This document shows, piece by piece, positions 36,382 through 46,900 of a stretch of 64,000 nucleotides of DNA; the first letter of the stretch is position 1; each line of letters begins with the position of its first letter. Made by a program: the position numbers and the translations under genes. The notes under the pieces are model-generated. The model did not search any database and was not told the origin of the DNA. It worked only from the letters and a program-made list of their open reading frames with translations. This DNA comes from Candidatus Magasanikiibacteriota bacterium (GTDB lineage Bacteria; Patescibacteriota; Patescibacteriia; Magasanikbacterales; UBA922). Location of the stretch: the NCBI GenBank assembly GCA_003482855.1, contig DMXO01000005.1:10736-74735 (forward strand). Direction: 5' to 3'.

Positions 36382-37809
36382 ATGTCTCGAACAAAGCATG
36401 TATCTCCAAAAAAAATTTCTGCAAAAAAAATTGCAGGGCATAAAAAATCTTTAGCCAAGCCATTAATGACCGAGAAAATGACTACTGAGAAAAGGGAAAA
36501 GCAGCCAAAAGGTCCTGCACAACTATATACAGTTTTGCGTGGTATGAAAGATATTCTTCCTAAAGATGGGGAGATGTGGCAGCACATATATCATACTGCA
36601 GAAAATATTGCGGCTGCATATGGCTTTTCATATGTGGAGACACCAGTACTTGAACAATCATCTTTATTTATCAGATCGATTGGCAAAGGAACTGATGTTG
36701 TAGATAAAGAAATGTATACATTTGATGATAGAGATGGAACCAAAGTATGTTTACGACCAGAAATGACTGCTTCTGTTGCTCGTGCATACATGAATCATGG
36801 TTTGCAGACATTGCCACAACCAGTGAAGGTATGGTATTGGGGTCAGATGTTTCGTCACGATAGACCTCAAGCAGGACGATACCGTCAGTTTCATCAATTT
36901 GGGTGTGAAATTCTTGGAGAACATAGTCCTGTTGTAGATGCAGAATTGGTAGTTGTCGCATACAATATGCTGAGAGACTTGGGTATAGAAACCCAAGTGA
37001 AAGTCAATAGCATAGGTACATTAGAAGATAGACAAAATTATATTGTTGAATTGGTTGGTTATTTGCGAAGTAAAAGAAGTTATTTGAGTGAAGATTCAAA
37101 AAAACGCATCAACAAAAATCCATTGCGTATTTTGGATTCAAAATTGGAACAAGATATTGCAGTAGTGGAAGAAGCACCTCAAATTATTGATTGGTTGAGT
37201 GACACTTCGAAGAAGTTTTTTATGGATGTTATTGAATATCTAGATGAAGCAGGTGTTCCCTATGTACTTACTCCTACGCTTGTACGCGGATTGGATTATT
37301 ATACTGACACCGTGTTTGAATTATTTGCTGATGGACAGGCTGAAGGATCTCAGAGTGCACTTGGCGGTGGTGGACGATATAATGGTCTTGTCGCCCAACT
37401 AGGTGGTGTTGATACCCCCGCAGCTGGCTTTTCGCTTGGAATAGAACGTATAGTGTCAATATTAAGGGACAGAGAGGGAGCAAAAGAAAAAGCAGAAGAA
37501 AATAGTATAAAACAAAAACCAGGTGGTATATTTTTTGCCCAACTTGGAGATCAAGCACGGAAGCGCTCTCTTCATCTGATAGAGGATTTACGAAGAGAGG
37601 GGATCGTACTATATCATAATCTTGCGAAGTCATCCCTCAAAGCTCAGATGGAAATTGCGAACAAACTCGGTGTTTCTCATACATTGATTTTGGGACAGAA
37701 AGAAGTGCAAGACGGGACAGTGCTCGTGCGAAATATGGAATCGGGTATTCAAGAAGTAGTAGATCAAAAGAAGGTAAAGAATACGATACGAAAGATACGC
37801 GGTGTATAA
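36382..37809 (+). CDS. hisS: Histidine--tRNA ligase with Lys-rich N-terminal extension
   Basis: RGMKDILP; LRPEMTA; FRHDRPQAGRYRQFHQ; VRGLDYY; GGGGRY; GIER. Confidence 0.97.
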   Translation: MSRTKHVSPKKISAKKIAGHKKSLAKPLMTEKMTTEKREKQPKGPAQLYTVLRGMKDILPKDGEMWQHIYHTAENIAAAYGFSYVETPVLEQSSLFIRSIGKGTDVVDKEMYTFDDRDGTKVCLRPEMTASVARAYMNHGLQTLPQPVKVWYWGQMFRHDRPQAGRYRQFHQFGCEILGEHSPVVDAELVVVAYNMLRDLGIETQVKVNSIGTLEDRQNYIVELVGYLRSKRSYLSEDSKKRINKNPLRILDSKLEQDIAVVEEAPQIIDWLSDTSKKFFMDVIEYLDEAGVPYVLTPTLVRGLDYYTDTVFELFADGQAEGSQSALGGGGRYNGLVAQLGGVDTPAAGFSLGIERIVSILRDREGAKEKAEENSIKQKPGGIFFAQLGDQARKRSLHLIEDLRREGIVLYHNLAKSSLKAQMEIANKLGVSHTLILGQKEVQDGTVLVRNMESGIQEVVDQKKVKNTIRKIRGV

Positions 37810-37872
37810 TTTGACTTTTTACTTTTTTTTGTGTAATATATAAACAATTTATTTATTAAGTTATATTCACTG

Positions 37873-37880
37873 GGAGGTGA
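37873..37880 (+). promoter_or_regulatory. Extended Shine-Dalgarno sequence of rpsU
   Basis: GGAGGTGA, five nt upstream of the in-frame GTG at 37886. Confidence 0.75.
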
Positions 37881-37885
37881 ATAAT

Positions 37886-38131
37886 GTGTCAGAAATAAAA
37901 AGAAAAAAGAATGAGTCTTTTGAAGGATTCATGCGTCGTGTGAAGCAAACATGGTTGCGTTCTGGTAAAATACTCCAGGCACGCAAGATTCAATATTTTG
38001 TTCCAGCCAAGAGTAAAAATACACAACGAAAACAGGCTGTTGCACACGCAAAACTCGTTTCAAGGACAGACTACTTGCGCAAGACGGGCAAATTGCCACC
38101 TGAAGAAAACAAGAAAAACAAGAAAAAATAG
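37886..38131 (+). CDS. rpsU: 30S ribosomal protein S21
   Basis: SEIKRKKNESFE..MRR.K.......IL..RK..YF...S; classic rpsU-yqeY synteny. Confidence 0.85.
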   Translation: MSEIKRKKNESFEGFMRRVKQTWLRSGKILQARKIQYFVPAKSKNTQRKQAVAHAKLVSRTDYLRKTGKLPPEENKKNKKK

Positions 38132-38134
38132 TCT

Positions 38135-38581
38135 ATGTCATTACTTGAGTCACTTGTTGCACAACAGCAAGAGGCAAGAAAAAGTCATAATAAAGAAAGG
38201 CTCTCTGTACTACAGATGGCTCTTTCTGCTGTCAAGAATGAACAAATAGAATTACGTCGAGAACTAGTGGATGTCGATGTAGTCGCAGTATTGCAGAGGC
38301 TTGTCAAACAAATTCGTGATGCTCGCCAAGATTTTGAAATAGGCAAACGGCAAGATTTGATTGATCAGGCAGACTTTGAAATAGGAGTCCTTTCTTCATT
38401 TTTGCCGAAGCAATTGAGTGAAGGAGAAGTAGAACAAATTGTGCATCAGATTATTGAAGAAATAAAACCCGCAGGTCCGCAAGATTTTGGTAAAGTGATG
38501 GGATCTGTAATGTCAAAATTGAAAGGTCAGGCAGATGGTACCGTGGTACAGTCAGTTGTTCGTCGTTTATTGTCTAAATAG
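38135..38581 (+). CDS. yqeY: GatB/YqeY domain protein
   Basis: RLSVL....SAVKN.QI; R.DL....EI.VL..FLP.QLS; D.GKVMG.VM..LKG.ADG. Confidence 0.9.
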   Translation: MSLLESLVAQQQEARKSHNKERLSVLQMALSAVKNEQIELRRELVDVDVVAVLQRLVKQIRDARQDFEIGKRQDLIDQADFEIGVLSSFLPKQLSEGEVEQIVHQIIEEIKPAGPQDFGKVMGSVMSKLKGQADGTVVQSVVRRLLSK

Positions 38582-38679
38582 TTTTCGTGTTATACGTTTT
38601 GTGTTTTTATGAATGCTACTGAGTTTAATCAGTACATTCATAGTAGAATATTTACTCATTTCGAGTCTAAGGTTTTCCC

Positions 38680-40905
38680 ATGCTCCCTTGGATTCTCAAA
38701 ATTAAGCTGAATAAAAAAACTGCTATAGCTTTCTTTGCTCTCGTGGTAGTTTTTTGTTTTTTAATTCCTCATGTAAGTGTATCAAATGTTTTGGCACAAG
38801 ATACTGATACATTTGGTGTAGCGCCTATTGATCAGGATATTCTTTTGACAAATACTGATATTAGGGTTGTTGTTGTCAAAATAATCAATACTATCTTGGG
38901 TTTATTAGGCCTTATTGCTTTGTCCCTCATATTATATGCAGGATTTGTCATCATGACATCTGGTGGACAAGAGGACAAGATAGCCCAGGCACGAAAGACT
39001 TTGATAAACGCAGTTATTGGTCTTGTTATTATATTGTCAGCATGGGCAATCGTTCGTTTTGTATTCAATGCATTGACCGGAGGATTCAATGAGCCTGGTG
39101 GAGAAAGGCCTCCAGTTATGGCGACCTTTAGCGGTTCAGGAGCGCTTGGTCGCGTGGTGAAAGACCATTATCCATTTCGAGATGCGACTGATGTCGCGCG
39201 CAATACGAGCATTGTGGTGACATTTGGTCTTGCCATTGATCCTGCAAGCATTGCAATAAATACCAATGGGACATGTTGGGGTGGAGACAACAATCCAACA
39301 GATGTATGTGGAGAAGGAAGTGTTCCTTATTTTGGTGATTGTTTTGATACTAACAATGATGGGGCTATTAGTTGGTCCAATGAGTGCGATCAACTCAATA
39401 CCTCTACAATCAAGATCGATTTGGCTGATCGCGTAGATACGTCGCTTGAACAAGATGATGACGCTGGACTTGCAGCAGCGGTTGTAGCCAGTTATGAAGG
39501 TGCGGGTGGGCCAAATGACAAGAATGTATTTACGGTGGTATTTAAACCTTTGGAATATTTGGGTAGCCAAACAGAAAAACAATTATATACTGTTGATTTG
39601 AGATATGAAATTTATAAAAAAGGACTTGGGGAAAGTATATTTGATGGACAATTTGTTCCCAAATATCACTGGAGTTTTGAAACAGGTACAGGACTTGACC
39701 TTAGCCCTCCCCATGTAGAGAGCGTATACCCAGATCAGGGTGGTGAAGTAGCCAAAAATACTATTGTACAAATCAATTTTGACGAGGCAGTAGATCCAAC
39801 GACAGTACAAGGATTGGTGAGTCAGCAGGGTGTTTTTGAAAATATATTACTCAATACACAGATAGGTGGTGTCGACACATCAGTGACTGGTACATGGAAA
39901 ATTACCAATGGATACAAAACCGTTGAATTCATATCAGATGAGCCGTGTGGTCTCAATAGCTGTGGTGAGATGATGTACTGTCTGCCAGTAGACTGTAGTG
40001 GTACTGGAGTAGATACATGTGTCAAAGGATATGCCGCACTTGTGCGTACAGCAGAGTGGACACAAAATGCCGAAGCTCCTTTTGAAGCGCAACCTTTTTC
40101 TGGTGTGTACGACCTTGCATTCAATGGTCTTGATAATGTAAATGATAACACTGGATTTGATGAAGTATTGAATAAACCAGCAGGCGCGGCATATACAGGC
40201 AAGGTTATTAACTCTGGCGAAACAAACCCAGATAACTACTGGTGGAATTTTAATGTAAAAAATGAAATAGATCGATCGACTCCATATGTGGAGTCAACCA
40301 AGCCTGGTGTAGATGCACAAGAAATAGATGGTGAGGCTTCTCTCGAAATTGGGTTTAGTAAAGTGATGTGGCTGAGCACCATGAATGATATATTACTCAC
40401 TGAATATCCGGTGCATGTATGCGCCAATGCCGCGGTAGGTGATGTGCGTCCAGAGGATGTGGTGTGTGAGATGAGTGAGAGATTGGATGATATATGGTTT
40501 AGCACAGGTGCAAAAATGCTCAACAACAAAACAACATCATATACCAAACATCGTACATTTGGGCCAAATGGCATTGATCTCTATTATTTTCCTTCGGTGC
40601 CAAGTACGGTCAAAAGTGCTAACCAAAATTGTGTATACCCTGGTCGTGGACCGTGGGATGGAGATTCTGCATTGCCTGGTCAGGCTTCAGAGTGTAGTGT
40701 TGCATTTGATTCCAATGGCACTATTTTGTCGACCACAGGCTGTGTTGGTGTCACGACGGTGAGTAGTACTGATACAGGGTGTGTTTATACTGGTGTCACG
40801 GTTACTGATCAAAATGATTCTGATATGTTGAAATCAGATGTAGGAGAATGTATTAATATACTTAGAAATGAAGATATAAGTCCAACAAGATATCAGGGTC
40901 TATAA
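38680..40905 (+). CDS. T4SS-type pilin head fused to Ig-like (Big_5-type) domains; Cys-rich surface protein
   Basis: Signal segment, then IIN..LG..G.IA...I.YAGF..MTSGG.EDKI..AR..L.NA.IGL.II pilin hairpin; repeated P.V....P......V..NT.I...F...VD Ig motifs. Confidence 0.8.
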   Translation: MLPWILKIKLNKKTAIAFFALVVVFCFLIPHVSVSNVLAQDTDTFGVAPIDQDILLTNTDIRVVVVKIINTILGLLGLIALSLILYAGFVIMTSGGQEDKIAQARKTLINAVIGLVIILSAWAIVRFVFNALTGGFNEPGGERPPVMATFSGSGALGRVVKDHYPFRDATDVARNTSIVVTFGLAIDPASIAINTNGTCWGGDNNPTDVCGEGSVPYFGDCFDTNNDGAISWSNECDQLNTSTIKIDLADRVDTSLEQDDDAGLAAAVVASYEGAGGPNDKNVFTVVFKPLEYLGSQTEKQLYTVDLRYEIYKKGLGESIFDGQFVPKYHWSFETGTGLDLSPPHVESVYPDQGGEVAKNTIVQINFDEAVDPTTVQGLVSQQGVFENILLNTQIGGVDTSVTGTWKITNGYKTVEFISDEPCGLNSCGEMMYCLPVDCSGTGVDTCVKGYAALVRTAEWTQNAEAPFEAQPFSGVYDLAFNGLDNVNDNTGFDEVLNKPAGAAYTGKVINSGETNPDNYWWNFNVKNEIDRSTPYVESTKPGVDAQEIDGEASLEIGFSKVMWLSTMNDILLTEYPVHVCANAAVGDVRPEDVVCEMSERLDDIWFSTGAKMLNNKTTSYTKHRTFGPNGIDLYYFPSVPSTVKSANQNCVYPGRGPWDGDSALPGQASECSVAFDSNGTILSTTGCVGVTTVSSTDTGCVYTGVTVTDQNDSDMLKSDVGECINILRNEDISPTRYQGL

Positions 40906-40912
40906 TTGTATT

Positions 40913-43900
40913 ATGATGAAATCGTCCCGAAAAACATTATTACTAGGATTACTCCTTTCTTTCGTACTTGGAGGATTTTTGTTTTATGTTTCTCCTATTT
41001 TTGGACAGACAACTGATACGTTTGGTGTAGCACCGATAGATCAAAATTTAATTTTGGGCCAGAGTGACATACGCGTGACTGTGGTAAAAATTATTAATAT
41101 CGCCCTTGGTTTGCTTGGTATCGTGGCTCTGGGTATCGTGTTGTACGGCGGGTTTGTGTATATGACTGCAGGTGGTGCAGAGGATAAAGTTGCAACCGCG
41201 CGGAAGATACTCGTCAATGGCACGATAGGGCTTGTTATTATTTTGTCTGCGTTTGCCATTACGCGATTTGTACTCAACAAACTTATACAGGCGACCGGTG
41301 CCAACACAACCACTGAAAATTTGGATGGTAGTTGCAGTGAACCAGGTACTCCATATTATGAGAAATATCATGGTACTGTTGTATGCGATGCATTCTGTAA
41401 TTTGTATCAAAGCCAGTGTTGTTATGCAGAACATTTTGTTGTGAAGAGTATCACTCCAAGCACACCAAGTGCAGGAGATACGACAGACATGTACAATATT
41501 ATCATCCGTGCTTTATTCAGTAATGAGGTTGCAGGCCCTGCCAATCAAGTTTTACAAATATTCAAAAAGAATGGCACCCAGAAAGAAAACATCACTGATC
41601 AATTTTCATTTAATTATGATGGAAATGGTACTATAGTGGAAGCTATACTTAATGGACATGTGTGTGATGAAACTTTGTACCCCAGTGAACATTGTTTTGA
41701 TCCAGGAGAATACGAAGTCTTGGTAATGAATGTAAAAGATAAGCAAGGAAATGAACTTGAGGCTCAGACAGATTGTGGGACATTCCCCAAAGATGCTTCT
41801 TTCAAGACAGGAGAACGTACCCGAGACCAACTTATATTTATGACTCCTGCATCTGCAGGGGGGCCATATGATGTTGGTCAATACACACTTTTGACTGCCC
41901 TGAAAGAGGTTGATATTACTCATGGTATCGAACAAGTATGGAATCCGTTTGATACACAAAGTGGGTGTGTAGTGACCGGCAATTGGAGACGTATTACTGA
42001 AGTACCAGGTCACGAAGGGGATACCGGTTTTGTCGAAATTATAGATAGTGAGAGACAACTTAGACAATATCCTATTTATGTAGTGTCTGCCAATGAAAAT
42101 GCCAATGTCACATGTAGTGGCAGTGTTATAGGAGTTACTCAGGTTCGTTTTGAGACGTATACGCCGACTTCTTCTCTGGTTACTGGTCTTATATATGTAC
42201 AAGGTAAAACAGATGATGATGAGGTAGACCTGCAGAGGGTGTATCAAGAGACAGATATATCTGGATGGAAAAAAGTCGGTGGCGACGGGCATACCTATAC
42301 ATTGGGGAATTATGATGATTTTGTAGACAAGACACCGCCTGTGGTAGATCCATTGACTGCAAATGGAACTGCTGGTGATGGCGTGAGACTTGTTCAAGGA
42401 ATTGAATATCCTTTTGTGACAACTTTGCGTGACACCAATGGCAACGCATATGGTGACTTACATATTTATAAACAGGGATCAGCAAGTGCTATTCTTGATG
42501 AGTTTATTGATGGACCACGTGTATTGGATGGTTCTAGTGGTCCATTTGTTGTGAATTATGGTTTTAGGGTTCCCTATAGTTTTGAATTTAATACAAATTA
42601 TGTCGCAGAAATACGCGCGTATGATATAGATAGCAATGAGACATTGGAACAGATAGTATTCCGTGTCGTGCCAGAATATTGTGATGAGCCTGAGCATGCA
42701 GAAGATCCTGTGTGTATTGGTAGCAATGGCACATGTAAAGTTCAGGCAGATTGTGCTGCGTGGCTCAAATGTCTTGATACTGATGGATCTTTGTGCCAGA
42801 CAGGGGATACTCTTTGTGAATGTACGTCGTGGCCATATATAGAAAGTGTTACGCCACTCAATGGCGCTTCTGGTAATTGGGTCACTATTCAAGGAAAAGG
42901 TTTTGGCGATGAGGAAGGTTCATTGGCTTTCAATTACGTAGATGGTAATAGTGATAAAGATTACGAGGACGCGGGTGACACGCGCACTAGTATGAATTTG
43001 GCCCAATGTCGCGGTACTGATGTGTGGAAAGATACATGGATTATTGCCGAAGTCCCTGTGCAGGCAGGTACTGATTTACCCGCTCCAAACATATCTGTTA
43101 GACATACAACAACAGGATATACTGATTATACTACTGATGACTTTGGCCCCGTTGTTGGCACGTTTACTTACAATGACACCAAACGTCCGGGTCTATGTAG
43201 TGTACAAGTGTCAGAGGATACTGCATTTCCTCTTGTTGATGGCACAGTGACCGTATTTACCGCAAGTTCTACGTATGGTGTACCTTCTACTCCTATACAG
43301 GCTTTTGGTAAAGGGTTTGGATCATATGCCACAAATAATGTACTTGATTTCGGTGGTGTGGCTGCGTCAGTAGGTTCAGGATCTTGGAGTGAAGAGATCA
43401 TTACTTCAGTAGTACCGTTTGTTTCTCCTGGACGCATAGCAGTGAGTGTTGTCGCAAGCAGTGGAGAGAGAAGTAATCCTGTTCCTTTTGATGTATATTC
43501 TTTGCAAGATCTCAATCCTCCGGTGATCACTGCGATAGATCCAGCAACTACGACACCGGGGAGTTATATTACGATATACGGGTCAAATTTTGGCAATAAC
43601 CAGGGAATTGTAAAGATTGGCGGTTTGCCATCTGCTGCATTGCCTGAATATTGTGGTGACACCTGGTCAGATACCCAAATTGTCGTTAAAGTCCCAAGCA
43701 CTATTCTTGACGCAAGTGGAACTAGTGAAGTGTTGCCAGTAGTTGTTGAGCGTACTGACAATGGACTCAAGAGTAACGGCAGTGATAAAGCTGGTATTAT
43801 AGTTGGCCCACCGCGACCAAGTATTTGTAAATTGGATCCAGAGACTGGTCCTGCTCCGCTGTCTGGGAGTAATAGACTGACACTCAAAGGTGAAAATTTT

Positions 43901-46900
43901 TCAGCTTCACCAAATATATATTTTTGGGGTCCAGAATCCACGAGTACTGTGATGAGTACATGGCTATATGAGTCTTTTGCAAGTGGTAGGATAGTGAATG
44001 AGGTAGCAGACAAACATATTACTACGCCTATCCCCGTGAATACGCTCAAAGGATATTCCATGGTGACTGGTCCTATACATGTCATAAGTACTACCGGCGA
44101 ATTAAGCAATAGTGTGCGTTATAATGTAACTGACTGTCGTGAACCAAATGCAGGGACTATCTCAGGTTTTCAATGTTGTACTGAAGGAAAAGAAGCTGGT
44201 AGATGGAAGCACGATTCATTTATTTGCGAAGGCGGTACGCGTGATGCTGGTTATGTATGGCGTATGACCACAGGCAAAATTCCCGATCAATTTTTTGTTG
44301 TTGAATCCTGTTCAGAAAGTGCTCCATCTCCAACGCCGTGGGAATCATGGCCACAAGGTAAAGTAGCTTGTCTCAATGCACAACTTCAGGCGCGATTTAG
44401 TTTGCCTGTAGATCCAGATACTGTGGGCATAGGAACCATTAATACGGCAAATGTCGGCGTATTTACTTGCGGTCAAGGACAGACAGCAGACTGTATTAGC
44501 GCACGACAAAATGTTTCACCCAATTTTACATCAGACATATGGGGTTCTGACATGTTTGTTTTGAGGCCTATTGCTGGGGATTTGCAGCCAAATACCTGGT
44601 ATCGTATAGCCTTTTCTCAAAATGTTGCATCGCTCCGCGAAGAGATGAGACTTGGAGTGAGTGTTACTACTACAGAAAATCTTTTGGCTACGCGTCCTTG
44701 TGATACCGATGGCGACGGAACGCTTGATGCGGCATATTGTTTTGATTTTAGGACAGGGGATGTGGATGAGATTTGTACACTGGTCGGAGCAGGGATGTAC
44801 AAAGATGAATATACGACCAAGATGCTTGGTGTTGTACAGGATTCACGATACGGCAAAATCTATCAACTCAATAAAATTTTTGATCCATACGATCCAGACA
44901 TTCATCCATTGTATTATTTTGTGTATGGTATTGCCAACCAAGAGTGTACGGTCATCAATGTAGACAACAAACCTTGGGATTGGGGCGATGATGAAAACAC
45001 ACCAGCAACAGGACACAAGTTTCCCGGCGATTCGTATGTGCATTCACGTGGTGTGGCCAAAGCATGGGAGCATTATCCAGAAGGGTATGACATTTTTGCG
45101 TATATAGATGAAAATCAAGACCTTGAACCTGAAGGGCCCACTGGCCCTACTGTCGTCGACGTGCTTCAACTTGCGGGTGTAGAGTACGCAAATGGATATG
45201 ACGACGGAAGAGCTTTATTGCCGGGTGATACTATAGACGATGTCAATTTAAATTTTTCTGAATCATTTAATATACGTTTTGATTTTTCTATCACTGATAT
45301 AGATGCGATGAATGCTAATTATCATTATTTGTTAGGTTCTGATGCTTTTTTCGTCTATTTAAATAGACAGGCAGAGGCATTTATTTCGTTATTTTATCTT
45401 ACCAGTGGTGGCAACAGTTTGTATCTTGATGATCCTGATGCGGTAGATATACTGGTAGAAGGACAAAGATATGTGTATGAGATAGATTTTAATAAACAGG
45501 ACATGCTCTTGAGACTCTTGCGGGATGGAAATGTCGTGAACTCAGTGCAGGTTACTGCTCAAATGGAGATGGCCCAAATTCCATCATCGGGTACAGTATG
45601 GGCCCATGATAATACTATCATTGACCTCTTGAAAATGTATGATTTGGAGATTACCAAAGGAGAAGAAACATCAGGACAGGGTCCAGATATATCGCGCATA
45701 ACAGCCACCAGTACTCTGTATATCGACCTTGGAGATCCAAAAGTTTTGAGTAAATGGCCACTTTGTATAGAAGCATGTATCAATGCTGAGATTGGTGCGC
45801 AGTTTGACCAGATAATGGATATGACGACATATGCAAATCATATACAGCTTTTTGAATGTAATAATGGAGAAACATGCACATCTTTGACAGAAATTCCTGT
45901 CACTATAGCAGACAGTAGTAGTGAGACTATTGTACGCGCATATGCTGATCCGCCAGGAGATGCATATTATCTTGAAAAAAATACATGGTATCTGGTCAAG
46001 ATATTGGATGGCATCCATGCCATTGGAAGTGCAAAGTATGGTGAAGATGGAACTATAATTCAAGGTGTTCAAGGAAAATCTGTTGTACCGACTCAATGGA
46101 AATTTAGAACGAAAAATTCAGAAGAGCCTTGTGTGATAGATAATGTACAGCTCTATCCTGATCCATTTACGGCGACATACATTGGTCAGAAACAACAATA
46201 CACTGCTTTGCCAAAAGGAGCTCCTGACGCATGTAGTCCTTATGGCCAATTCTTGAATCCATGGGATTATGGTTGGGAATGGGATGTGGCACATGATCAT
46301 ATCGCCACAACAACCAACTTTAGCATGTCAACGGTGTTCAACAAGGCATGTACTATTAATTGTTTGCCCGCAGGGAGTGACATTACGAAAGGAAGCTATA
46401 CAACATATCCTATTTGTGGTAATGGTGTTATTGATGTTGGTGAAGATTGTGACATCGCGAGCACTACGCCACGTACCAACCAAGGTGGCGCTCCTAGTAT
46501 TGCAGAAAACCCAGGAATTAGTTGTTCATATATATGTCTTCGCCCTGGCAATGGTAACAAAGGAGAACCGGGCACTGAAGGAGTCTGTGGAAATGGAATA
46601 GCCGATTATTATCAAGGTGAAGAATGTGATTTCAATGATCCTCAGCTTATAATTATCGATAGTGATGGTAATGAAAGAGATTACCGACCTTATTGTAGCG
46701 ACACATGTCAGTGGACTGGGTCAACACCAGAAAAAACCGGAGAACTTGCCAAGCCCGTGTGTGGAAGTAGTGGGGTTACACCAGGAGAGGATTGCGATAT
46801 ATCTGATGACACAACCAAGATAGGTTGTTCAAGTGTGTGTTTACATAGTGGTACGCCACTTATGCAACATTGGTGCGATACCGCTCCTGCATCTGCACAA

